Source: Paraglaciecola sp. (GTDB taxonomy: Bacteria > Pseudomonadota > Gammaproteobacteria > Enterobacterales > Alteromonadaceae). Taken from it: DNA of 64,000 nucleotides. Below, one piece after another: positions 43,318 through 52,980 of the stretch (positions are counted from its first letter, which is position 1; each line of letters opens with the position of its first letter). The notes beneath the pieces were generated by a model that was not told the DNA's origin, made no database searches, and worked only from the letters and a program-made list of their open reading frames with translations. Location: contig NZ_JBPOFP010000004.1 in NCBI RefSeq assembly GCF_051252315.1, positions 16,712 to 80,711 on the forward strand. Reading direction: 5' to 3'. A program made the translations under genes and the position numbers.

Positions 43318-43423
43318 ACAGCCTTAGAGGGTAATCAATTAGCAGTAAAATAAAGAACCAATTATGCCAAAAACTTTGGCAACTAACGAGATGAACTTTT
43401 AAGAAACCTGATGATAACGCCAA

Positions 43424-44158
43424 TTAAAGATTATAATATTTGTTTAATATATGTTTTAGCTCACCTGATGTTTTCATTTTTTGTAATTGATGATTAAATT
43501 TTTCAATAAAGACGCGATTAATCGGTGTATCTACACACTCCAATTTGTCTTCAGAGGAAGTAAGAGGTTTATCTTTATTAAATTTTAGCAAGCTAAGTGT
43601 TTCTGCATTAAGAGACAGAGTTATATCGGGGTAATAAGCAATATAACCATCTACTTTGTTGCTATGTAGCAATTTAATCGCGATGTCTTCTGTTTCAACG
43701 GGAACAAACCTAACAAATTGAAATTTATCAAATAACGTACCGAATATTAACCCTTTACGATAAGCAATCATTTTTCCACTTGAAGCCTCTAAGGATTGTA
43801 TGGCAGGTGTGGTGACTGAAAATAAGTGGCTTGTTACTTTATTAGTGGCCTCACTAAATAAGGTTGGCACGGCACGTTTATAAAAACCCGGAATGACCGG
43901 AAATACACAATCGATGCGCTTTTGGTGAATTAAGTAATTTGAACGAGCCGAAGGAATAAACAAAGTGCTGTATGGCATTGCAATTCTGTTTAACAGCCTA
44001 GCCATTAATTCGTTATAAGGGGCTGACTTCCCTGAACGATCTAGCACTTCTGGTAAATCAATATAGCCAATTCTTATTTTTTCTGCATCAAGAGAAGAAG
44101 AAAATACGGGTGTTGCAAACATCACACACAGTGCAAAAGAAAAGATTAGTTTACTCAT
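43424..44158 (-). CDS. Orphan periplasmic substrate-binding protein (SBP_bac_3-like)
   Basis: Signal peptide from ATG 44158; P.ARS...L...IDC, KVDGYI, C-terminal F...L..MK.SGEL..IL. Confidence 0.72.
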   Translation of the reverse strand: MSKLIFSFALCVMFATPVFSSSLDAEKIRIGYIDLPEVLDRSGKSAPYNELMARLLNRIAMPYSTLFIPSARSNYLIHQKRIDCVFPVIPGFYKRAVPTLFSEATNKVTSHLFSVTTPAIQSLEASSGKMIAYRKGLIFGTLFDKFQFVRFVPVETEDIAIKLLHSNKVDGYIAYYPDITLSLNAETLSLLKFNKDKPLTSSEDKLECVDTPINRVFIEKFNHQLQKMKTSGELKHILNKYYNL

Positions 44159-44300
44159 TAACAAATCAAAGTACTCCTGTACATATGAGTTAAAAATACT
44201 GGAACACCTGCCCCAGACAAATTTCAACCTATCTACTATCCTAGGATAGTTAAATACCATACATTCACGCTACTAAGCAATGAACTAAGAGCGTTTTCCA

Positions 44301-44334
44301 AATAAGTGCCTAATTGGGAATAAGTGGCTAATTG
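44301..44334. repeat. 16-bp direct repeat (period 18) in divergent intergenic region
   Basis: AATAAGTGCCTAATTG-GG-AATAAGTGGCTAATTG (15/16). Confidence 0.7.
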
Positions 44335-44411
44335 CAGTCAAAGATAGATTCCAACTTGCCTATTTTTAGTTTCATGTTATTTTCAGCGACACTATTTTTT
44401 TGGAGAATCAA

Positions 44412-44984
44412 ATGCCTAAAGCCAGTGAAATAAAAAAGAATGCCGCCGTTGAACATAATGGCAAAGTTTACCTAGTTAAAGACATCAATAAACTTACCCC
44501 AAGCGGGCGCGCTGGCGCTAGCTTATATCGTATGCGTTTGTACGAAGTAGGAACTGGAGCTAAAGCAGATGAAAGCTTCAAAGCAGACGAAGTATTGAAT
44601 CTGGTTGAGTTTAACCGCAACAAGGTCACCTACTCTTACCTAGATGGTGACGAGTATGTCTTTATGGATGACGAAGATTACACTTCTTACTTTTTAAACA
44701 AAGATACAATCAGTGAAGAAACCCCTTTTATCACCGAAGACACTAAAGGGTTACAGATACTTTTAGTTGAGGGAGAACCTGTAGGCATTGAACTTCCAGC
44801 AGCTGTATCACTCACCATTACTGAAACAGACCCGTCTATTAAAGGCGCATCTGCCAGCGCAAGAACCAAACCTGCCACGTTGACAACGGGTTTAGTGGTG
44901 CAAGTGCCAGAATACATTGCTAGCGGTGAAAAGATTAAGATTAATACTGCGGAGTCTAAATTTATTAGTCGAGCTGACTCTTAA
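44412..44984 (+). CDS. efpL: Elongation factor P-like protein (EfpL/YeiP)
   Basis: MPKASEIKK...TPSGRAG loop with Arg at the tip, [51 protein letters not shown]. Confidence 0.93.
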   Translation: MPKASEIKKNAAVEHNGKVYLVKDINKLTPSGRAGASLYRMRLYEVGTGAKADESFKADEVLNLVEFNRNKVTYSYLDGDEYVFMDDEDYTSYFLNKDTISEETPFITEDTKGLQILLVEGEPVGIELPAAVSLTITETDPSIKGASASARTKPATLTTGLVVQVPEYIASGEKIKINTAESKFISRADS

Positions 44985-45009
44985 TTTAATTTCTCTTAAT
45001 TTAATTTCT
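44980..45009 (+). repeat. Perfect 15-bp tandem duplication including the efpL stop codon
   Basis: CTTAATTTAATTTCT x2. Confidence 0.75.
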
Positions 45010-45032
45010 ATTAAATTAAACCTTTCTGATCT

Positions 45033-45071
45033 AAAGACATACCAATCTTAACTTAAGACTGGTATGTCTTT
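45033..45071. terminator. Bidirectional terminator between efpL and the TauE-type gene
   Basis: AAAGACATACCA...TGGTATGTCTTT 12-bp stem followed by a T-run. Confidence 0.8.
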
Positions 45072-45109
45072 TTTATTTGAATTTGATTTACTAACAGCCA
45101 GGTTGAAAC

Positions 45110-46006
45110 CTATAACGGTAAAGTTGATATTCCCAATAAAAACACCCATCCGGCAAAAAATAATTTTAAGTTTCTAGCGGAGAAATATAGCACCAGCTGT
45201 TTTGCTAAAACACCTCCAACTATGGCTCCCATTCCAGCAAATAGCACAACTGGCCAATAAACTGCTTTGGTTTCAACAAGGTGGAAAATGATGCCCCCCC
45301 AAACGGTAAAAGCACTTAAAATCACCGCGGCAGCGATAGCTAGAGTGACGTTAAAACCGCGTATTATCAAATAAACAGCCAGTAATTCCCCTACCCCAAT
45401 AGATAACCAAGCTGTGATCCCACCACCAACAAAAGCAATAATCACTAAGGCAAAATAATCAAACATTTCAAGTTTAGATTTTAAAGGCTTGTTCTTTAAT
45501 AACAAAACCGTAGCAAATATCGCGACAGCTAAACAAATTGAAAATATACCAAATCCGGTATGTAAACTCTGAGGATCACTAAAGTAAGCAAAGGTCTGTG
45601 GTAAAATCTGCACTAACCAAACGCCCAAAATCGACAAAGGAACGGTAATTCCTATAAGTTTGGGTAGCACCTGCCAATCTTGTATTTCTGTTGGGTTGGT
45701 AGATTTTAATTTACCGTAATAGGCCCACCAAGTTAATGCACCTGCTGTCATACCACAACATTGAATCGCAAAACTAGTTGCCACAGATGTCGCCACAGAA
45801 AACTCTAACTGGTTAAAAAACGGCATAAATACTACGCCGCCTCCAGCGCCTGTTGAATTAGCAAAAACAGCTCCTAACACGCCTAAAAAGGTAAATCCTC
45901 CATAATTGAGTGCTAAAATCAAAGGTTCAGCCTGAGATAAAAATATTCCAATCCACAGCAAAAGTAAAAAACAACGGATCTGTGTGGCCGACAACTTTAA
46001 AGACAT
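45110..46006 (-). CDS. Sulfite exporter TauE/SafE family membrane protein
   Basis: GA.FANSTGAGGG..F.P, ATSFAIQ..GMT, GG..TAW.S.G.GE repeats; 8-9 TM segments. Confidence 0.85.
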   Translation of the reverse strand: MSLKLSATQIRCFLLLLWIGIFLSQAEPLILALNYGGFTFLGVLGAVFANSTGAGGGVVFMPFFNQLEFSVATSVATSFAIQCCGMTAGALTWWAYYGKLKSTNPTEIQDWQVLPKLIGITVPLSILGVWLVQILPQTFAYFSDPQSLHTGFGIFSICLAVAIFATVLLLKNKPLKSKLEMFDYFALVIIAFVGGGITAWLSIGVGELLAVYLIIRGFNVTLAIAAAVILSAFTVWGGIIFHLVETKAVYWPVVLFAGMGAIVGGVLAKQLVLYFSARNLKLFFAGWVFLLGISTLPL

Positions 46007-46369
46007 GAAAACTCGATTACCTTAACGACAATAAAATGCAGGATGGACTTTGCCAGAATATGTTTTGTTTGACAAAGACCTTTGACGAATAAATAAAAAA
46101 AACTACGTGGAAGAAGTAATGGTTGACCTCGAATACTACTGCGACATCAATAACATTTTAATTTCTGTTCAAAAACTTCGAGCGAGTTTCATCAAATTAG
46201 TCACTTAAATTCGCCCAAGCCCCAAATATTACCTTACAAGTAAGGGCTCGGTATAAAAACGAATCCACAAAGAGATTGCGTTAAACTTTGGAGTAGCGTA
46301 CTTTGCATTTGCAACTACAATGAATATCATCACTATTAAAGTTACACCGTAGCAAACTTCAAATGGATT

Positions 46370-47137
46370 ATGTGCAGTATGCAAAAATTGTTAAAACGAT
46401 TAAGAATATGCAGTTTAATCGTATTTTTCTCCTTCAATTATGCTTTCTTTTGTCAAGCCCAAACTAATAACGTTATTACCATAGCGACCCACATAGAACC
46501 TCCTTTCATGGCATTTAATGACGGTGAGTACAGTGGCAGAAGCGCAGACGTAACTAGGCTACTCGCATCGTCTATTAACCATTCAGTGAAATTTGTAACT
46601 TGCCCGTTTGTAGAATGTTTAACAATGGTGGAGCAAGGAAGTGCGGATATGATAGTTGATATTCGTAAAACAGCTGATCGCCAAGAATATTTAAGTTATT
46701 TAAGCATTCCTCTGTACAAAGAAATTTTACAGATGAATTTTTACTTATTAAAAGATGAAGAAAAATCCATCAACAGCTATTCCGATCTGTCTGACTTTAA
46801 TATTGGTGTATTAGCTGGAGCTAAATATTTTGCTCAATTTGATCTTGATAAAAGCCTGAATAAAACTTCCACCAGTGATCACCTTCATTTAGTTACCTTG
46901 TTACTTAGAAAACGTATCGATGCTTTTATAGGTAGAGAAGAATCTATCAAAGCTCAAGCAGAGAAATATATTTACGAAAACAGAATTAGAATTGAACCTT
47001 ACAAAATAAAACAAGAAGTAGCAGCCTATATTGCTATTTCTAAAAAATCTCCATTCGCCAATCAATCAAAAATCCTATCGGAACACCTAACCACTATATT
47101 AAACAGAAAAGACATCTCCCCCCTATTTCCACATTAA
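46370..47137 (+). CDS. Orphan periplasmic substrate-binding protein (SBP_bac_3-like)
   Basis: EPPF, CPF.ECL..VEQG.ADM, R..YL.Y, IGVL.GAKYF..FD, L.L..RIDAFI, YIAISKKS. Confidence 0.85.
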   Translation: MCSMQKLLKRLRICSLIVFFSFNYAFFCQAQTNNVITIATHIEPPFMAFNDGEYSGRSADVTRLLASSINHSVKFVTCPFVECLTMVEQGSADMIVDIRKTADRQEYLSYLSIPLYKEILQMNFYLLKDEEKSINSYSDLSDFNIGVLAGAKYFAQFDLDKSLNKTSTSDHLHLVTLLLRKRIDAFIGREESIKAQAEKYIYENRIRIEPYKIKQEVAAYIAISKKSPFANQSKILSEHLTTILNRKDISPLFPH

Positions 47138-47374
47138 TAGGTACGTCATAAAAGCCCTTATTTTATGACTTAACAACAATACTTTGCCTAATTTTATACA
47201 CTCAAATTATTTCCCCAAAATATTAACTAATCATTAGGTTTTCGTTACCTAATCTTCATGTTGTTTTCTCGATTAAGCTTACAGTTTTATCTGTCAATGT
47301 CATGACAAGTTTGCCATGTAACACACGTAACAATGGCTTCAAACAATTTATTTTATAGATTAAAGGGAAATTAT

Positions 47375-47995
47375 ATGTACAAGATTATCAAGGCGAAAAT
47401 ATTAAACCTGCACATTCTTCAACTCTGGTTAATGCTAAGTGCAATGCTCGTTGTTAGTCCTGTTTGGGCCGACGATCAATACTCTCAAAATAAAAATAGA
47501 TCTAAGTTTTCACACAATCAAATACTCCAATTTGATATTGCAGAAAATGGATCTCGATTTGCTTTTGACCAAGAACCAGTAGATGAAGACGGCATGCCAG
47601 CTTATGGAGGAGAATTTATAACGGAAGGATACCTATATCCCCATGGTTTTCTAGATAATCAAGAAGGGGTTAATTCTGACGGCAGTCCTGCTTTTCCTGA
47701 TGAAGTATTAGGTCGCTGGACATGTCGAGGTTGGCATATAGGCCAAGGTGCAAAAACAGAAACAGGGCCTTGGGTTATCACCAACCAATATTTTGATTTA
47801 GGCAAAAAGTACGGCCAACATAGTATTACCACAGAAGGTTATGAGCTGGTTGATTTAAACGAGTCAATTACTCGAGCCATTACTGGTGGCACGGGAAAAT
47901 ATAGTCGGACACGTGGCGATTCTACCCAGAAACTTTTAGGGTTTAATGAATCTCTTGGGGTAAACGTACGAGTAAGATTACGCCCCCACAAATAA
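47375..47995 (+). CDS. Hypothetical secreted protein, allene-oxide-cyclase/dirigent-like beta-barrel suspected
   Basis: Signal peptide ending VWA; RAITGGTGKY..RG motif; ATG 47375 has an AAGGGA SD. Confidence 0.65.
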   Translation: MYKIIKAKILNLHILQLWLMLSAMLVVSPVWADDQYSQNKNRSKFSHNQILQFDIAENGSRFAFDQEPVDEDGMPAYGGEFITEGYLYPHGFLDNQEGVNSDGSPAFPDEVLGRWTCRGWHIGQGAKTETGPWVITNQYFDLGKKYGQHSITTEGYELVDLNESITRAITGGTGKYSRTRGDSTQKLLGFNESLGVNVRVRLRPHK

Positions 47996-48055
47996 ATATT
48001 ACAGACCTAAAAATGACAGCGATTTAACTAGGTCGTGTTAATTATTACTGCATAT

Positions 48056-48087
48056 AAAGATCGCTATTGACTTAAATAGCGATCTTT
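48056..48087 (+). terminator. Rho-independent terminator
   Basis: AAAGATCGCTATT-GACTTA-AATAGCGATCTTT followed by Ts. Confidence 0.85.
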
Positions 48088-48211
48088 TTTTAGCCATAAA
48101 TAAATATTTTATCTACCTGATATTTATATAAATATTCCCAATAAACCTCCATTTATCACTTCTTGTTTTTTGATTTCTTTTACATTTAATTTTGCATATT
48201 CATGATTTAGG

Positions 48212-48235
48212 TGTACCATTACCACACATGGAACA
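48212..48235. promoter_or_regulatory. Candidate operator of the GntR/YtrA regulator
   Basis: TGTACCAT-N8-ATGGAACA inverted repeat (7/8), about 20 nt upstream of the regulator ATG. Confidence 0.5.
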
Positions 48236-48255
48236 ACTGGAGCATGTGAAAATTT

Positions 48256-48627
48256 ATGAATATCACTATTGATATCGATGATCCAAAACCTATTTTTGCT
48301 CAGCTAATTGATCAAATTAAACAAGCTATAGGTTCAGACAAAATTGCACCGGGAGACCCATTGCCATCTATTCGGCAGTTGGCCAATGACTTAGAGGTAA
48401 ATAGTAAAACTATCTCTAAAGCTTATAAGTTATTAGAGCGCGATGCTGTGATTCAGATGAAAGGCTATCGAGGTACTTTTGTACACCCCAATGCTAAAAA
48501 TAACTGCCAAGTAGATTTGAGTGAATGGGTAACGAGCCAATTTGAAGAGCTCATTACACGTTTGAAAGAAGCCGGTATTACCGACTCAGAAATGCGCATT
48601 ACCTTTAATGACGTGTTAACCAATTAA
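48256..48627 (+). CDS. GntR family regulator, YtrA subfamily
   Basis: 123 aa; PIF.QL..QIK.AI....L.PGD.LPSIRQLA.DL.VN..T..KAY..LE..G.F; very short C-terminal helix region. Confidence 0.9.
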   Translation: MNITIDIDDPKPIFAQLIDQIKQAIGSDKIAPGDPLPSIRQLANDLEVNSKTISKAYKLLERDAVIQMKGYRGTFVHPNAKNNCQVDLSEWVTSQFEELITRLKEAGITDSEMRITFNDVLTN

Positions 48628-48676
48628 GAGCAGTCGTAAAAATTAACGACAGTTATCAAATAAAGAGGAAACAATT

Positions 48677-49546
48677 ATGTGGATTGAAACACTATTTTTC
48701 ATAGTATTTGGCACGCAAATATTTTTGATGTCGCACTATTACCCAAAACGTATTTTGAACAGAATGAATTATATTTTTAAACATTATCCGATTGAAACTC
48801 ATGCCAAACTTTATCCAGATGGTTACGAAAAAGCATTGAAAGGCAAAATTATATTTAGCTTAATCAATTACGCTATTTTAGCACTAGGTATTATTGGCTT
48901 TATAGCAGCAGCTATATTCATTTTTGAAGGAGAAGCAAAAATACAGAGATTTAAAGGCTTACCCTTAGTATTTGGCATGGTACAAGCAATTCCGCTATTG
49001 ATAATGGAAATATCAGGCTTTAAAGCATTCAAAAAAATGCGCACCCAGAACCAAGATACAAAACGTAGTGCAGAATTAAACCCTAGAGGATTATTAAATT
49101 TCGTCTCCCCGATTCGATTATTTATGACTATCTCAATATTGTTAATCTGCGTGTTTGTCATGCTTGCATTAAATGATTTTAATATAGGTGAAAAACAAGC
49201 CATTTTATTAGGCTCTATGGGGTTAGCTAATACATTATTTATTGTGTTGGGATACATTCTCATTCATGGCAAGAAATTAGATCCTCATCAATCAGCAGTA
49301 GACCGACATAATGCGACAGCTGTAGTTATAAAATCATACACATCTATCAGCATGTTAATCAGTGTGTTTTTTATATTTAACCTAAGTGTAGATGAGTTTT
49401 CTCTACAGGATTGGGAGCCGATGTTTAACAGTTTATATTGGCTGTGCGTGATGTTTTTAAGCACCGGTAGTGTACTAAAATACATGAATGTTGAAGATAT
49501 CAATTACGATGTGTACAAGACCACTCCAGTAGAGCCTAACAACTAG
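48677..49546 (+). CDS. Hypothetical inner-membrane protein (about 7 TM)
   Basis: 289 aa alternating hydrophobic segments; SD GAGGA; co-oriented with GntR. Confidence 0.75.
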   Translation: MWIETLFFIVFGTQIFLMSHYYPKRILNRMNYIFKHYPIETHAKLYPDGYEKALKGKIIFSLINYAILALGIIGFIAAAIFIFEGEAKIQRFKGLPLVFGMVQAIPLLIMEISGFKAFKKMRTQNQDTKRSAELNPRGLLNFVSPIRLFMTISILLICVFVMLALNDFNIGEKQAILLGSMGLANTLFIVLGYILIHGKKLDPHQSAVDRHNATAVVIKSYTSISMLISVFFIFNLSVDEFSLQDWEPMFNSLYWLCVMFLSTGSVLKYMNVEDINYDVYKTTPVEPNN

Positions 49547-49715
49547 GCAAAATCAAATAGCGTTTAGCAGCCACCTATTACCTAAGTATTAACAGGTGGC
49601 CAAGCTTCTAACAACTGTAGGCGTTAAACCTACTTACACTTTTTAGTAGATAAATAGGCAACCTGCTCTTACCGTATTAGGTTTAAGCACAGTCATGTCA
49701 AAATTTAAGGATCGA

Positions 49716-52127
49716 ATGATGAAATCTGTTTTAGAAAACCCATCTGTATGGGTGACACAATTAATAATAAAACTAGTTACTTTATATTTTCTAGTAACAG
49801 CCACGGCATGTGCTAGCACTGTACCGAATGACTTAGAAAAGCGTCTAACTGCATTATCACTCGCTTTAGAAACACAACGAGTTGAACATCATATTCCAGG
49901 CATGGCGATGGCGATTGTCAAAGATGGCAAGGTAATTTTAAGTAAAGGTTTTGGACTGGCAAACATAAAGGAAAAAAAACCTGTCACCCCTAAAAGCATA
50001 TTTGCTATTGGCTCTACCACAAAAGCATTTACCGCAACCTTGACGGGTATGTTGGTGGATGAAAACAAACTAGACTGGGATACGCTGCTAACCGAATATT
50101 TGCCCGATTACCAATTCAAGCAAAAAGGTAAGTCACTCGATATTACATTACGTGATGCCTTATCACATCGCAGTGGGTATGCGCGAAACGACATATTGTG
50201 GGTAAATGGTTTAGTGACTCGAAAAGAAATACTCAAAGATGCTACCCAAGCTCAAAAATGGTCACCTTTTCGCAAAAAATTTAACTACAACAATGTCATG
50301 TACTTAGCCGCAGGTATGGCAACAGCCAAAAGAGCTGAAACAAACTGGGATTCACTTCTAGAGTCCAGAATAATTAAACCTTTGCTTATGAAAAATACCA
50401 GCGCCGACTTAGAAAAAGCCCAATCATCTAACCTTTTAGCCACCGGATATATGTGGCAAGAAGAACTAGGGCACCACAAACTGTTACCTATGCGTAACTT
50501 AACCAATATTGGACCTGCAGGATCAGTCAATTCAAATGTTGAAGACATGTCTCAGTGGCTTAAATTTCAGTTAGCCAATGGCACATTTAATGGAAAACGT
50601 TTGATTAGTGAAGACGTTTTACTGGAAACACGTAAGCCACAAATAAAAATGGCCAAAGACATGTTTTACGGATTGGGTTGGATGTTACGTAAGTGGCAAG
50701 GCCAAACTGTAGTTGAGCATGGTGGAAATATTGATGGGTATGCCGCGCAAGTGACACTTTTTCCTGAGTCCAATTTAGGCTACGTATTACTTACCAATGT
50801 TACAGCCACTCCTTTGCAACAGTTGTCTATCAATTTAGTGGCGAGTCATTTATTAGCAAAACCCAAATCAGCCACGACCAATAACCCAATCAAGCAAGAT
50901 TTTGGAAAATATACAGGTGAATATATAGCCAACTTTGGGCCTTTCAAAAATGCAATATTTAGTATTTTGGAAAAAGAAGGAAAGCTGGCTGTGGATGTTC
51001 CTGGGCAAACAACCTACGTACTCAATCCACCAAACAAACAAGGTAAATGGGTATTTGAGTTAACCGACACCATTGCCGTATCTTTTGATAAAAACAAGCA
51101 AGGCCAAATAACAGCACTGCGTATGCATCAAAATGGCATGAATTTCGAATTACCCAAAAAAGGCATGCCTATTATCCCAGAGATATCCCCAGCGGAATTA
51201 CAAAAATACTTAGGCAGTTATTATTCTAAACACCTGAAAAGTAATTCAACGGCTATCATCCAAAATCACAGGTTGGCCATAGATGTGCCAGGGCAGATGG
51301 TATATGAATTACACCTGCCAAATGAAAGCGGTGAATGGAAATTTAGGATCAACCCAAACATGCACGTTACCTTTGATAAGGACGATAACAACAAGGTGGT
51401 AAAGCTTAATTTCTACCGTGATGGTATACAAAATGGCGCCATGCCAAGAGTAGAAGATAAGAATGAAACGCCTCTTCCCACTGTTAAAGAAATTCTAACG
51501 TTGAGAAATACGCAAAAACAAAGAAAAGCCTTAATAGAAGCCCGTGGCATTGAAAGTAAAGGCTCTGTATTTTTAGCTCAGGCAGGTATTACTGCAAAAT
51601 TTGAATCATTTAATCTAGCAGACACCCATGTTCGGTATAATATGGATCTAGGCAAATACGGACTTATAGAGGTAGCGGTGTCCCCCACTGAAGGTGCCAC
51701 CAAACAAAGTTTTTCTCCCTTTACCCCAATGTTAGGTAAGTACCTAAAACAAGGTCAAAAATCCTATCCTATGATAGATCTTGATTGGTCATCATTTTAT
51801 CAAGATATTGAAGTAGTAAAGCGTACAGAGTGGCAAAATAAACCCGTTTATATGGTGTTACTGAAAAACGCTGATGTCCCTCCTGTCACTGCCTACATTG
51901 ACACTAAAACTGGTGACCTATTAAAACTCGAATCAAGTGTTTTGCTCGCAGGGATCGGAGCCATGCCTTACTCGTTAGAGTTTGAAGATTATCAAGAAAT
52001 AGATGGATTGCGTCTCGCACATAAAATTATTTCGAAAGACAATCAAAGAGGTAAATTAGTGTTTGATTATGCTTCGATTAAAACTCAACAAAATACTGAG
52101 GAGGAGACCTTTAAGCTGACTGAATAA
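49716..52127 (+). CDS. Serine hydrolase, beta-lactamase/peptidase S12 family, with duplicated DUF3471-like domains and a further C-terminal domain
   Basis: GSTTKAF (SxxK), YNN (YxN), HGG triad; two internal repeats sharing LA.DVPGQ..Y.L..P...G.W.F. Confidence 0.88.
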   Translation: MMKSVLENPSVWVTQLIIKLVTLYFLVTATACASTVPNDLEKRLTALSLALETQRVEHHIPGMAMAIVKDGKVILSKGFGLANIKEKKPVTPKSIFAIGSTTKAFTATLTGMLVDENKLDWDTLLTEYLPDYQFKQKGKSLDITLRDALSHRSGYARNDILWVNGLVTRKEILKDATQAQKWSPFRKKFNYNNVMYLAAGMATAKRAETNWDSLLESRIIKPLLMKNTSADLEKAQSSNLLATGYMWQEELGHHKLLPMRNLTNIGPAGSVNSNVEDMSQWLKFQLANGTFNGKRLISEDVLLETRKPQIKMAKDMFYGLGWMLRKWQGQTVVEHGGNIDGYAAQVTLFPESNLGYVLLTNVTATPLQQLSINLVASHLLAKPKSATTNNPIKQDFGKYTGEYIANFGPFKNAIFSILEKEGKLAVDVPGQTTYVLNPPNKQGKWVFELTDTIAVSFDKNKQGQITALRMHQNGMNFELPKKGMPIIPEISPAELQKYLGSYYSKHLKSNSTAIIQNHRLAIDVPGQMVYELHLPNESGEWKFRINPNMHVTFDKDDNNKVVKLNFYRDGIQNGAMPRVEDKNETPLPTVKEILTLRNTQKQRKALIEARGIESKGSVFLAQAGITAKFESFNLADTHVRYNMDLGKYGLIEVAVSPTEGATKQSFSPFTPMLGKYLKQGQKSYPMIDLDWSSFYQDIEVVKRTEWQNKPVYMVLLKNADVPPVTAYIDTKTGDLLKLESSVLLAGIGAMPYSLEFEDYQEIDGLRLAHKIISKDNQRGKLVFDYASIKTQQNTEEETFKLTE

Positions 52128-52153
52128 ACTCAGCATAAGTTTACAAAATCAAA

Positions 52154-52179
52154 AAGTCGTGCCAACGCTGGCACGACTT
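52154..52179. terminator. Terminator between the serine hydrolase gene and bioD
   Basis: AAGTCGTGCCA-ACGC-TGGCACGACTT perfect 11-bp stem. Confidence 0.8.
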
Positions 52180-52229
52180 ATACTAGTAACAACAAAATTT
52201 CGAATTGCATAAGGTAACTAGTAGCGCGG

Positions 52230-52952
52230 TTATAAACCAAGAGCTGCCAAATCTAAATAACTTCCGCCATGTTGAGCTGAGACTTTAGGCACATGACCTA
52301 AAAAAGGAGCGTCAATTAATTCTTTAAGACTGTCTATATTCTCTTCAACTAATGACATGTCTGGATCAATTTGATTAGCCACCCAACCCGCTATTTTTAA
52401 GCCGTCGTTTCGAATAGCCTCAGCCGTTAAAACAGCATGATTCAAACAGCCTAATCGCATGCCGACGACTAAAATAACCGACAAATTAAGTTCTGATACG
52501 AACTCTGACAAATATCTAGGTTTGCCCATATAACTGCCGCCTAAAGGTAAACGCCACCCACCAGCACCTTCAATTACAATCACGTTAGGCTCTTTTTGTA
52601 ATAGATGAATAAAACCTTCACGGATCTTATCAATAGGTATGTAATGAACCGCTTCTTGTTCTGCAGATTGTTTTAACGCTAAATGAGGGGCTATTGGAGG
52701 TTCAAAAGCAATTGGGTTCACCTCGTCATAACTTAAATCTAAACTAGAGTTTTGCTGCAACGTTAAGGCGTCTTCATTACGTAATCCATCAGGTGTGTTA
52801 TCACATCCCGCTGCTATGGGTTTGTATCCCGCAGTGGTATATCCCTTTTCATTTAAAGCTTGTAGTAGGCTTTTACACACAAAGGTTTTACCAATTTCAG
52901 TATCGGTACCCGTTACAAAAAATGCACGTTGGCTATCGGTTAAATGTCCCAT
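52230..52952 (-). CDS. bioD: Dethiobiotin synthetase
   Basis: FFVTGTDTEIGKT, YKPIAAG, NEDAL, EGAGGW, LGCLNHA.LT.EAI. Confidence 0.97.
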   Translation of the reverse strand: MGHLTDSQRAFFVTGTDTEIGKTFVCKSLLQALNEKGYTTAGYKPIAAGCDNTPDGLRNEDALTLQQNSSLDLSYDEVNPIAFEPPIAPHLALKQSAEQEAVHYIPIDKIREGFIHLLQKEPNVIVIEGAGGWRLPLGGSYMGKPRYLSEFVSELNLSVILVVGMRLGCLNHAVLTAEAIRNDGLKIAGWVANQIDPDMSLVEENIDSLKELIDAPFLGHVPKVSAQHGGSYLDLAALGL

Positions 52953-52980
52953 AAATACTCTTTATATTTTTACCTTGCCA

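Noticed and set aside
46030-46200. Coding-like plus-strand stretch (MQDGLCQNMFCLTKTFDE*IKKNYVEEVMVDLEYYCD...) as a possible pseudogene
   Set aside because: No recognisable family motif, short, interrupted by a stop and an A-run; cannot be distinguished from chance without BLASTX.
48868-49503. Minus-strand ORFs of 131 and 71 aa
   Set aside because: Antisense to the well-formed 289-aa membrane protein gene; typical of shadows of hydrophobic codons.
49536-49625. Hairpin GCCACCT...AGGTGGC flanked by similar CTAACAACT(GT)AGGC words, as a possible REP-like insertion
   Set aside because: Repeats are short and imperfect, and no convincing second copy is in the window; a terminator or attenuator explains it.
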